DNA of 64,000 nucleotides, from assembly GCA_032249235.1 (NCBI GenBank), contig JAVVGF010000001.1, positions 434,895 through 498,894 of the forward strand, given 5' to 3'. This DNA is from Thermoproteota archaeon (lineage in GTDB: Archaea > Thermoproteota > Thermoprotei > Gearchaeales > Gearchaeaceae). Positions 12,911 through 20,842 of this stretch are shown here, in pieces (positions within the stretch are counted from its first letter, which is position 1; the number at the start of each line of letters is the position of its first letter). The position numbers and the translations under genes are program-made. A model generated the notes under the pieces. It was not told the origin of the DNA and did not search any database. It saw only the letters and a program-made list of their open reading frames with translations.

Positions 12911-14362
12911 TTATCCTTTTATGTTACCTATAGGCACGAGCCTTACAACTTTCTTAGATAATTCAGCTCTTGCTACAGCATCTACCACTTCATCTATGGA
13001 TTTGTATGCACCACCAAATTCTTCTGCTACCCCAGAATAAGATACACTTCTTACTATTATTCCTCTTTTTTCCATATCTTTAATCAATTGTTCTCCTCTA
13101 ACTAGCTGTCTTGCTTTTGTTCTACTCATTGTTCTTCCGCTTCCGTGACATGTTGTTCCAAATGTTTCCTGCATTGCTTTATTCGTTCCTAATAAAAGAT
13201 ATGAACCTGTCTCCATGCTTCCTCCTATTATTACTGGTTGTCCAATTTCTTTATACATTGCAGGAATGTCTTCACTTCCAGGTCCGAATGCTCTTGTAGC
13301 TCCTTTTCTATGAACTAAAACTTTCATCCTTTTTCCATCAACGATGTGTTCTTCAAGTTTTGCAGTATTGTGTGCTACATCATAAACTTGGTGCAATCCT
13401 AGTTTTTCAGGATCGCTGTTGAATATTTTAGAAAAGACTTCTCTGATTCTATGCAATATTACTTGCCTGTTAGCAAAAGACATGTTTATACCACATTTCA
13501 TAGCTGCGAAATAATCTTGTCCTTCTTTAGAGTTGAAAGGTGCGCATGCTAATTCTCTATCTAGTATTTTAATACCATATTTTCTTTCCATTACATTCAA
13601 GAATACTTGTAAATAGTCTGTAGCAACTTGATGACCGAAACCTCTGCTTCCGCAATGAAACATGATTACAATTTGATTTTCAAATATTCCCAATCTTTTA
13701 GCCATTTCTGGATCGGCGATATTTTCAGGCTTAACCCATTGGATTTCCAAATAATGATTTCCTGAACCAAGTGTTCCGATTTGATCAATGCCTCTATTGA
13801 TTGCTTTTTGGCTTATCTTGGATGGATCTGCTCCTTTAATGCAACCATTTTCTTCTGTTCTTTCAAGATCCTCTTCCCAACCATATCCTTGTTCTACGCA
13901 CCATTTAGCTCCTGCTTGTAATACTTCAATGAATTGTGAATGAGTTAACTTAAGAAATCCTGTTGCGCCTACGCCTGCTGGAACGCGTTGAAATAGCATA
14001 TCTACGAGTTCTCTTAATTTTGGTCTTACTTCGTTGTATGTTAAATTTGTTAATACCATTCTCATTCCGCAGTTTATATCAAAACCAATTCCTCCAGGTG
14101 ATATTACGCCGTTTTCTGCATCCATTGCTGCTACACCTCCTATTGGAAAGCCATATCCTGAGTGTCCATCAGGCATTACATATGAATATTTTAAGATACC
14201 TGGTAAAGTTGAAACGTTCAATGCTTGTGTGAATACCATTTCATCCATTTCTCTTAGTAATTTTTCAGTAGCATATATTCTAACTGGAACACGCATGTCG
14301 CTTCTATATCCTTTAGGTATTTCCCAAACTACTTCAGAAATTCTCTGAATTTTAGGTAACAT
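12911..14362 (-). CDS. rtcB: RtcB RNA 3'-phosphate/tRNA-splicing ligase
   Basis: PDGHSGYGFPIGG, DINCG, GTLGSGNHYLE, HCGSRG, HRKGAT, HGSGR. Confidence 0.97.
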   Translation of the reverse strand: MLPKIQRISEVVWEIPKGYRSDMRVPVRIYATEKLLREMDEMVFTQALNVSTLPGILKYSYVMPDGHSGYGFPIGGVAAMDAENGVISPGGIGFDINCGMRMVLTNLTYNEVRPKLRELVDMLFQRVPAGVGATGFLKLTHSQFIEVLQAGAKWCVEQGYGWEEDLERTEENGCIKGADPSKISQKAINRGIDQIGTLGSGNHYLEIQWVKPENIADPEMAKRLGIFENQIVIMFHCGSRGFGHQVATDYLQVFLNVMERKYGIKILDRELACAPFNSKEGQDYFAAMKCGINMSFANRQVILHRIREVFSKIFNSDPEKLGLHQVYDVAHNTAKLEEHIVDGKRMKVLVHRKGATRAFGPGSEDIPAMYKEIGQPVIIGGSMETGSYLLLGTNKAMQETFGTTCHGSGRTMSRTKARQLVRGEQLIKDMEKRGIIVRSVSYSGVAEEFGGAYKSIDEVVDAVARAELSKKVVRLVPIGNIKG

Positions 14363-14423
14363 ACTGCAGAATATAATTCCAAAGAATGATATTTAAATCT
14401 AAGTTTATAACTTAATAGCTTGA

Positions 14424-17057
14424 ATGTTTGGTATGAATAAGGAACGGGTACTATTTATCGCATGTCTTCTAGTTTCAATTATTTCATCTTTTGTAATCTT
14501 TTTACAACTTTATAACGAGGCAACAGATCCTACATTAATAGGGAATCAAGGTTATGTTAGTGATGAAATTTGGTATGTTAATTCAGCTAGAAATATTTTT
14601 AGAGATTTTTTTGGCTTAAATCCTACTTATGTAGATAAAGATGGATACGTTTATTATACAATTCTATTTACCAATGATTCTTCAAGATTCGCACAATTCG
14701 ATAAAATACTTAATTTCGTTCAAGAAAGAAAGGGTTCGATAGATCATGTATATCTAGCAATACCTGCAATTTCAATAAAATTACCAGCTAATGAAAAATT
14801 TGATCTTGAGTTAAATGGCGTAACTGCAATTGCAAAGGGATATCCATATCCTGATGTCAATGCGATTATGAGTTATTATAATCTTGAGCACCCTCCATTG
14901 GGTAAGTTCATTATAGGTATTTCCATTCTTCTTGTTGGGGATTATCCTTTAGCATGGCGATTGCCTTCTATAATAACGAGTGCATCATTGCCAATCATTA
15001 TATTCTTTATAGTAAGAAGATTTTCTAATAATCTATTTGCTGCTTTATCCTCTTTATTTATTTTATTTGATGCTCTTTTATTTAATGAGGGCTTTTTAGC
15101 ATTATTGGATGTTTATTTAGCATTTTTTATTTCGTTATCTTTATTATTTGCATTATATAAAAAATATCTTTTAAGTTCAATATTTATTGGTTTAGCAGCA
15201 TCAATTAAAATCAGTGGAGCTTTTTTAGTTTTTGCGATTCTAATATATCTATCTTTTTATACAAATTATGATAGAAAAAGAATAATATTGCTTTCTTACA
15301 TAATTCCTTTCTTTACATGGTTTTTAGTAAATGTTCCAATCATTTTAAAATTAGGAATAAAGAACTGGTTTCAAAGTGTTTTAGGTGCTTTAAGTTGGCA
15401 TACGACATCAAGACCTGTAGGGCCTCCAACATCACTTCCCTGGGAATGGTTATATAACAAAAATCCCTTTTATTTCCATTTCAACCCCACTTATTCTGCT
15501 TCTGTAACTGTTCCGATCTATATAATGACTTTCATTTTCCTAATATTTACTCCCTATTTAATAGCGAAGAAATCTCATGAGTTTTCATTGCCCTCTTTAT
15601 GGTTATTAGCAATGTTTCTAGGTTATTCAATTCTCCCTATTCTTGGTAACAACACATTATACAGTTTTTATGCATTTGCCTTAATTCCTATGGTATATTC
15701 AATATTTCCCGTGAATCTTCTGGAGATGTTGATTCCAAGTTTTAAACAGAACGCTTTAGATATGATAAAATATTATTCAGGATTTCTTTCAAAAAAATTT
15801 TCAAGCGATTGGTTTTCTCTGCGTTTCTTTTATGCACTAACGATGTTCGTAGGTTTTCTTTTACATTTGCCCTTTTCTGCGAATCCATTTGGATTCTCGC
15901 TATATAGCGATATCGTTTATTCCATTTATCCTAGATCAGGTATAGGAACAAATTATTTAGGTATTCCTTATATTGACTATCTTTATGAGTATCCTGTTCT
16001 CGATGGAATTTTAACATATATAGCTGCAGCTATTGCTTGGTCTTTACATCCAGCTTATGGTCCTTATATAAATCCGCAAGGTCAACTGACTTTCTATATA
16101 ATTATCTCAATATTCAACTTTGTTGCAGGATATTTCCTAATAAAAGACATGTATGAGTTATCTAAGAAGACATATGCAGATTTTTCTCGAATATTACTTT
16201 TCCCTGCATTACCTACTTTATTAGTATACGGGATTTACAATTGGGATCTCATAACTATAGCTCTAGCTTTGCGTTCAATCAAATACTTTGTAGATAATAG
16301 ATTTATTCTAAGTTCTATAATGCTTTCATTAGCTATTATAGCCAAATTATATCCATTGTTGTTATTGTTTGTTTTAGCCAGGGAATTTATTGTGAATATT
16401 AATAAACAATCGTTATTGAAGTTTTTCTCATATATTTCTCTTACTATTACTCTTGTTATATTATATAATTTGCCTTTCATGATAGTAAATTATAAGGTTT
16501 GGTACGATAGTTTAATAAATTATCATATAAATTGGTATATTGAAGGATCATGGCTTGTTTTATTATATGGGAATCCATTTAATCATAATGCACAGATTTT
16601 GTCATTATCTTTAGTTACTTTTTTTTATCTTTTAACTATATTTTTTACTCAAATTAAAAATTACGTAAATAGAGAATATAGAATAATTGAGTCATCATAT
16701 TTAATAATGGCTTTATCGATATTTTCAAGCTATATTCATACTCCTCAACAACAACTTTTATTTTTACCCTTATTATTATTACTTAGATCGATATCTTTAA
16801 TAGTTATATACATTATGGACTTTTTAAATGCTCTTGTCATATTGACTTGGTTTAAATATAAAGAAATAGGTTTATTGTTATTTGGCTATTATCCTCCAGA
16901 CGAATTAGGTGGTTCTTTGTCATATTATGCTTTTCCAACTATGTGTGCAATAATAAGAGATTTTATAATGCTTGGCATTTCAATTTACATCTTACTAAAA
17001 AGTAGCTCGGGTGGGATTCGAACCCACGTCTTGGGGTCCAGAGCCCCAAAGGATTGA
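14424..17057 (+). CDS. Large polytopic GT-C glycosyltransferase (PMT/GT39-like plus GT87-like domains)
   Basis: SDEIWY and EHPPLGK (PMT-like); second half YSDI, EYPVL, NWD, AKLYP (GT87-like); many TM helices. Confidence 0.75.
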   Translation: MFGMNKERVLFIACLLVSIISSFVIFLQLYNEATDPTLIGNQGYVSDEIWYVNSARNIFRDFFGLNPTYVDKDGYVYYTILFTNDSSRFAQFDKILNFVQERKGSIDHVYLAIPAISIKLPANEKFDLELNGVTAIAKGYPYPDVNAIMSYYNLEHPPLGKFIIGISILLVGDYPLAWRLPSIITSASLPIIIFFIVRRFSNNLFAALSSLFILFDALLFNEGFLALLDVYLAFFISLSLLFALYKKYLLSSIFIGLAASIKISGAFLVFAILIYLSFYTNYDRKRIILLSYIIPFFTWFLVNVPIILKLGIKNWFQSVLGALSWHTTSRPVGPPTSLPWEWLYNKNPFYFHFNPTYSASVTVPIYIMTFIFLIFTPYLIAKKSHEFSLPSLWLLAMFLGYSILPILGNNTLYSFYAFALIPMVYSIFPVNLLEMLIPSFKQNALDMIKYYSGFLSKKFSSDWFSLRFFYALTMFVGFLLHLPFSANPFGFSLYSDIVYSIYPRSGIGTNYLGIPYIDYLYEYPVLDGILTYIAAAIAWSLHPAYGPYINPQGQLTFYIIISIFNFVAGYFLIKDMYELSKKTYADFSRILLFPALPTLLVYGIYNWDLITIALALRSIKYFVDNRFILSSIMLSLAIIAKLYPLLLLFVLAREFIVNINKQSLLKFFSYISLTITLVILYNLPFMIVNYKVWYDSLINYHINWYIEGSWLVLLYGNPFNHNAQILSLSLVTFFYLLTIFFTQIKNYVNREYRIIESSYLIMALSIFSSYIHTPQQQLLFLPLLLLLRSISLIVIYIMDFLNALVILTWFKYKEIGLLLFGYYPPDELGGSLSYYAFPTMCAIIRDFIMLGISIYILLKSSSGGIRTHVLGSRAPKD

Positions 17058-17075
17058 CCGCTACCCCACCGAGCT
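17003..17075 (-). tRNA. tRNA-Gln(CTG)
   Basis: Minus strand AGCTCGG...TGGGG-CTCTGGA-CCCCA...GGTTCGAATCC...CCGAGCT-A: 73 nt, A1:U72 pair, anticodon CTG, no intron, CCA not encoded, followed by a T-run. Confidence 0.96.
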
Positions 17076-17087
17076 AATTATTTAATG

Positions 17088-17900
17088 CTATTTCTTTCTT
17101 ATAGATTTTAACCTATTCCTATTCGCAAATATCACAAGAGCCAAAATGATGCCTGTGAATGCTATTGTATAATAAAGGTTTTTAGTGCTCGTGTTGTTAG
17201 CATGTTCATTTATAGCTTTCATTAATATTGCATATAAAACAGAAGCTGTATAGCTCATTATTTGAGATATGAATTTTGAGTAACTGTCATCTCTTATGCT
17301 TTTAGCTAAAGCTGTTTTGTTTAAATTATTTGAAAGTTCAACAGCTTTAATTCCGATGCTTGCTAATGTCTTTGCTATATTTGTCACCGTGATATTTTTG
17401 CTAATTATTACGTTATTAACATCATTTTCTAAAATAAGACTTTCAAACTTCTGGGCAAGTGTAACATTCTTTAAATTGTTAGTTCTAAATGGGTCTGATA
17501 AGTAAATTACATAGCTCACAAGTTTTCCAAATTCGACGACAGCACTCTTAATATCGCCGTTATCTAGCTGTTTTATTAAATTGTTATAAGCCAAAACTGA
17601 ATTATCGATCAATGGACCTGTAGCATTATCAGGGCTATAAAATAATGTAACGTTTTCATTCCTCGCAAGTGATATTCCAACATTTATACCTGTTGAATAC
17701 GAATTGAAGCTATAATACCAATTATAAGGTAGTTCTTGGATGACTTTAAGAGCTAATTTGCTGTCGAAAGTAGCTGTATAGCCTTCTACATTAGGAATTG
17801 TAGCATTGCTCAAGATTAAAATCATTGTTATCATGCATAATACTATAATTCCTTTCATTTTAGGCAACATAACATGAATAACCTTTTTAAGTTTTTTCAT
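17088..17900 (-). CDS. Secreted or membrane-anchored hypothetical protein (possible degenerate phospholipase C/P1-nuclease fold)
   Basis: N-terminal signal-like hydrophobic stretch, C-terminal TM plus basic tail; FGKLVSYVIYLSDPF resembles the LG...HY..D...P.H motif with the His residues missing. Confidence 0.6.
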   Translation of the reverse strand: MKKLKKVIHVMLPKMKGIIVLCMITMILILSNATIPNVEGYTATFDSKLALKVIQELPYNWYYSFNSYSTGINVGISLARNENVTLFYSPDNATGPLIDNSVLAYNNLIKQLDNGDIKSAVVEFGKLVSYVIYLSDPFRTNNLKNVTLAQKFESLILENDVNNVIISKNITVTNIAKTLASIGIKAVELSNNLNKTALAKSIRDDSYSKFISQIMSYTASVLYAILMKAINEHANNTSTKNLYYTIAFTGIILALVIFANRNRLKSIRKK

Positions 17901-17952
17901 TTATAAAGCTTTTCTATTAGCTAAAAATTTGATGATGAATTTTCATGATAGA

Positions 17953-17968
17953 CCGAAAAATTTATATA
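17953..17968 (+). promoter_or_regulatory. BRE plus TATA box of the tfb operon
   Basis: CCGAAAAA-TTTATATA about 32 nt upstream of ATG 18000. Confidence 0.65.
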
Positions 17969-17999
17969 TTAGATGGAGTAGAAATAAAGGTGCTCTGCT

Positions 18000-18959
18000 A
18001 TGTCTAAAACCTCTATTAAAAAGGATATTGAAATTGTTTCTGCCGAACCTGAAGCATGCCCCTATTGTGGTAGTAGAAGGTTATTTTTCAGCTATGATAG
18101 AGGAGAAATTGCCTGCGTTGACTGTGGTTCTGTTGTATCCATAAATAGATTAGATAGAGGGCCTGATTGGAGAGCTTTCACTGCAGAAGAAAAGGAAAGA
18201 AGAAGCAGAACAGGTCCTCCAGTTAAACCTTCATTAGTAACACCTTCAGCAACCTCTGCTACTATTGACTGGAGCGGTAAAGATGCTTTTGGAAGGAAGC
18301 TCAGTACAAAGCAAAGATTCGACATGATAAGATTAAGGAAATGGCATAAAGTTAGCATTAGTTCAAGTGTTGAAAGGAATCTTGTCCAAGCTGTTGAAGA
18401 ATTAGATAGATTAGCTAGCAAAATTGGATTACCTACAAATGTAAGAGATGAAGCCTTCTTAATCTATAAAACTGCAATAAATAAAGGTTTGGTGAAAGGA
18501 AGGTCAATAAGTAGCGTTGTTGCAGCAGCTCTATATGCTGCATGCAGAAGGCTAAAGATACCTATAACTTTAGATGAATTTGCAAAGTATACAGAAGTAA
18601 GTGATAGAAAAGATATTGCAAGATGCTATAGATTTCTCATTAAAGATGCAAATATCAAAGTAGATATTGCAGACCCAATCGATTTCATCGAAAGATTAAT
18701 TCATATGCTAAATATCAAGCCAACTGTTTATCCGATGGCTAAAGACATCATAATGAAGGCAAAAGAAAGAGGGCTAACAGCAGGTAAAGATCCTGCAGGA
18801 TTGGCTGCTGCAGCTGTCTATATTGCTGCTACATTACAAGGAGAAAAGATCACGCAAAAAGATGTAGCTAAGGCTGCAAATGTTACTGAAGTAACGGTAA
18901 GGAATAGATTCAAGGAGTTAATGTCTAAGTTAAACATAACAGGCATACCTGCTGAATAA
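18000..18959 (+). CDS. tfb: Transcription initiation factor IIB (TFB), full length
   Basis: CPYC...CVDC Zn ribbon, GPDWRAF B-reader, two cyclin repeats (GRS...AAALY, GKDP...AAAVY), C-terminal HTH TEVTVRNR. Confidence 0.97.
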   Translation: MSKTSIKKDIEIVSAEPEACPYCGSRRLFFSYDRGEIACVDCGSVVSINRLDRGPDWRAFTAEEKERRSRTGPPVKPSLVTPSATSATIDWSGKDAFGRKLSTKQRFDMIRLRKWHKVSISSSVERNLVQAVEELDRLASKIGLPTNVRDEAFLIYKTAINKGLVKGRSISSVVAAALYAACRRLKIPITLDEFAKYTEVSDRKDIARCYRFLIKDANIKVDIADPIDFIERLIHMLNIKPTVYPMAKDIIMKAKERGLTAGKDPAGLAAAAVYIAATLQGEKITQKDVAKAANVTEVTVRNRFKELMSKLNITGIPAE

Positions 18960-18960
18960 T

Positions 18961-19608
18961 ATGCATAGAATTTCTACAAAAGAGAAGGCTATCATCCTTG
19001 CAAAAGAGCTTACAAGAGGTATTGAAAGATTACAACTTCCTTATTCTACATTGAATGAAGCACTATCAATGGCTCAAGAAATAATAGGAAAAAAGTTAGG
19101 AAGAAAATTTTCTCCTAAGGCTTTTGCAGCTTCAATTCTTTATATAGCCTGCAAAGAACAAGGTTATCCTATTTTATTTAAAGAAGTTTGTTATGCAATG
19201 GGTCTGAATAAAAAGGAAATTAAAAGAACACTATTAGTATACTCTACCATTGTTCAAAAGTTCAGAAAAACCTCAAAACCTTCAGTTAATAAGTATGTAG
19301 AACGTTTAGTAGATTTATTAGGTTTAAATGAAAGAATTAAGGAGAAGGCAATAGAGATTGTTGAAGAGGCTAAAAATAGAGGATTGGTAGCAGGTAGAAA
19401 TCCTGTCAGCATTGCTGCAGCAGCCGTATATTATGCCAGTAAAAAGTTAAAAGTCGCAATAACTCAAAAAGAAATAGCTGCGAAAGCTTTCATAACTGAA
19501 GCCACTCTAAGAAATCGTTATAAGGAACTCAAGCAACTATTGGGCGATTCAGAATTACATAAACACAAATTTAGAGAAAGTGAAATTATTTTAAAGAAAA
19601 CAAACTAA
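18961..19608 (+). CDS. TFB paralog, core cyclin repeats only (no Zn ribbon or B-reader)
   Basis: AASILYIAC, GRNPVSIAAAAVY, TQKEIA...TEATLRNRYKEL; 1 nt gap after the tfb stop. Confidence 0.88.
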   Translation: MHRISTKEKAIILAKELTRGIERLQLPYSTLNEALSMAQEIIGKKLGRKFSPKAFAASILYIACKEQGYPILFKEVCYAMGLNKKEIKRTLLVYSTIVQKFRKTSKPSVNKYVERLVDLLGLNERIKEKAIEIVEEAKNRGLVAGRNPVSIAAAAVYYASKKLKVAITQKEIAAKAFITEATLRNRYKELKQLLGDSELHKHKFRESEIILKKTN

Positions 19609-19635
19609 TTTTAATTTAAAATTTTTATATTATCA

Positions 19636-20154
19636 ATGCCAGTTGAGAGAGCACTATACATTGGTAGGTTTCAACCTTTCCATAATGGACATTACAACGC
19701 TTTGAAGTGGATTCTGAGCCAATTTGATGAAGTAGTCTTAGCTATAGGTTCAGCGCAATATAGCCATACAAAAGAGAATCCTATGACTGTAGGAGAGAGA
19801 ATTGAATGCATTTGGAATCAATTAAGATATGATAACCTTTTACATAGGGTTATAATAACAGCTGTTCCAGACGTAGGAATTCATAGTCAATGGGTTGCAG
19901 TCGTTAAACAATATTGCCCAGAATTTAAAGTTGTTTTTTCTAATGATAATCTGACAAGATTGCTTTTTATAGAAAACGGTTATGATGTAAGAAGCATACC
20001 TTTTTTTGATAGAGATAAATATGAGGCGACAAAAATACGAGAAGCTATCTACAAAGGATTAGAATGGGAGAAATATGTACCTTTTAAAATAGCAGAATAT
20101 ATAAAAATCAAAAAGATAGATGAGAGAATAAAATCTATATTTTCAAACTCCTGA
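19636..20154 (+). CDS. nadM: Nicotinamide-nucleotide adenylyltransferase
   Basis: GRFQPFHNGH, GSAQYSH..ENP.T.GER, ATKIR. Confidence 0.92.
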   Translation: MPVERALYIGRFQPFHNGHYNALKWILSQFDEVVLAIGSAQYSHTKENPMTVGERIECIWNQLRYDNLLHRVIITAVPDVGIHSQWVAVVKQYCPEFKVVFSNDNLTRLLFIENGYDVRSIPFFDRDKYEATKIREAIYKGLEWEKYVPFKIAEYIKIKKIDERIKSIFSNS

Positions 20155-20829
20155 TATTAATCTCAAAATTTCGTTTTTTACAAATGAAAAGAAATCTTCT
20201 ATAGAAATTTTATCAAAATGTACAACGATTCCATTTCTCGTTAAACCAACGGTTTTTCCAGTTGTTTTAGATACATACACTAAATACCAAATCTTTCCAT
20301 GCTTTAAATACTCCTGATAAAGCTCAGTATCAGCAAGTTTTTCGCCATATAGCGAGAGTTTTTCTATTGAAGGTATATCTACGTCGTCGAAGAAAATCAC
20401 TTTAGTATTCTCTTTATTTTCTTCATGGTATTTTAACATTATTGAAGGTTCTATTCTAGCTTCAACTATTTTACCAGTTTTTATGAACAATAGCTTACTC
20501 AATTCATTTGCTATGAAATTAGCCATTCTTTTCTTTTCGAAAATTATTAGAAATAGTTTCGTTTCTTGAATGAACTTGAAATTTGTCTCAAAAGTCCTTA
20601 TTACAGGATTCTTAAAGCCACGTTGATTGACATAGATTACCATATCTTTGATGAAAATTCCTTCAAGTACATTTTCTTTTAAAGATAAATTCTCTATTTT
20701 AGTTTCTAATTTAAGAGCTTTTCCTTCATGCTCTTCCATTTTTTCTATTTTATAATCTTTCAATTTCCTTCTAATTTCATCAAGCGTAGTATCTTCATTC
20801 ACTAAAAAGATTTTCGCCGAAACTACCAT
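20143..20829 (-). CDS. Hypothetical protein, divergent from the SMC-like ATPase
   Basis: 228-aa ATG ORF, soluble alpha/beta pattern; no function recognised. Confidence 0.75.
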   Translation of the reverse strand: MVVSAKIFLVNEDTTLDEIRRKLKDYKIEKMEEHEGKALKLETKIENLSLKENVLEGIFIKDMVIYVNQRGFKNPVIRTFETNFKFIQETKLFLIIFEKKRMANFIANELSKLLFIKTGKIVEARIEPSIMLKYHEENKENTKVIFFDDVDIPSIEKLSLYGEKLADTELYQEYLKHGKIWYLVYVSKTTGKTVGLTRNGIVVHFDKISIEDFFSFVKNEILRLISGV

Positions 20830-20842
20830 TGGTTAATTTTAT

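Noticed and set aside
17929-17960. ATGATGA upstream of tfb as a possible C/D-box sRNA, and the 71-aa ORF at 17929
   Set aside because: No properly spaced CTGA D/D' boxes; the region is better explained as the divergent promoter, and the ORF overlaps tfb out of frame.
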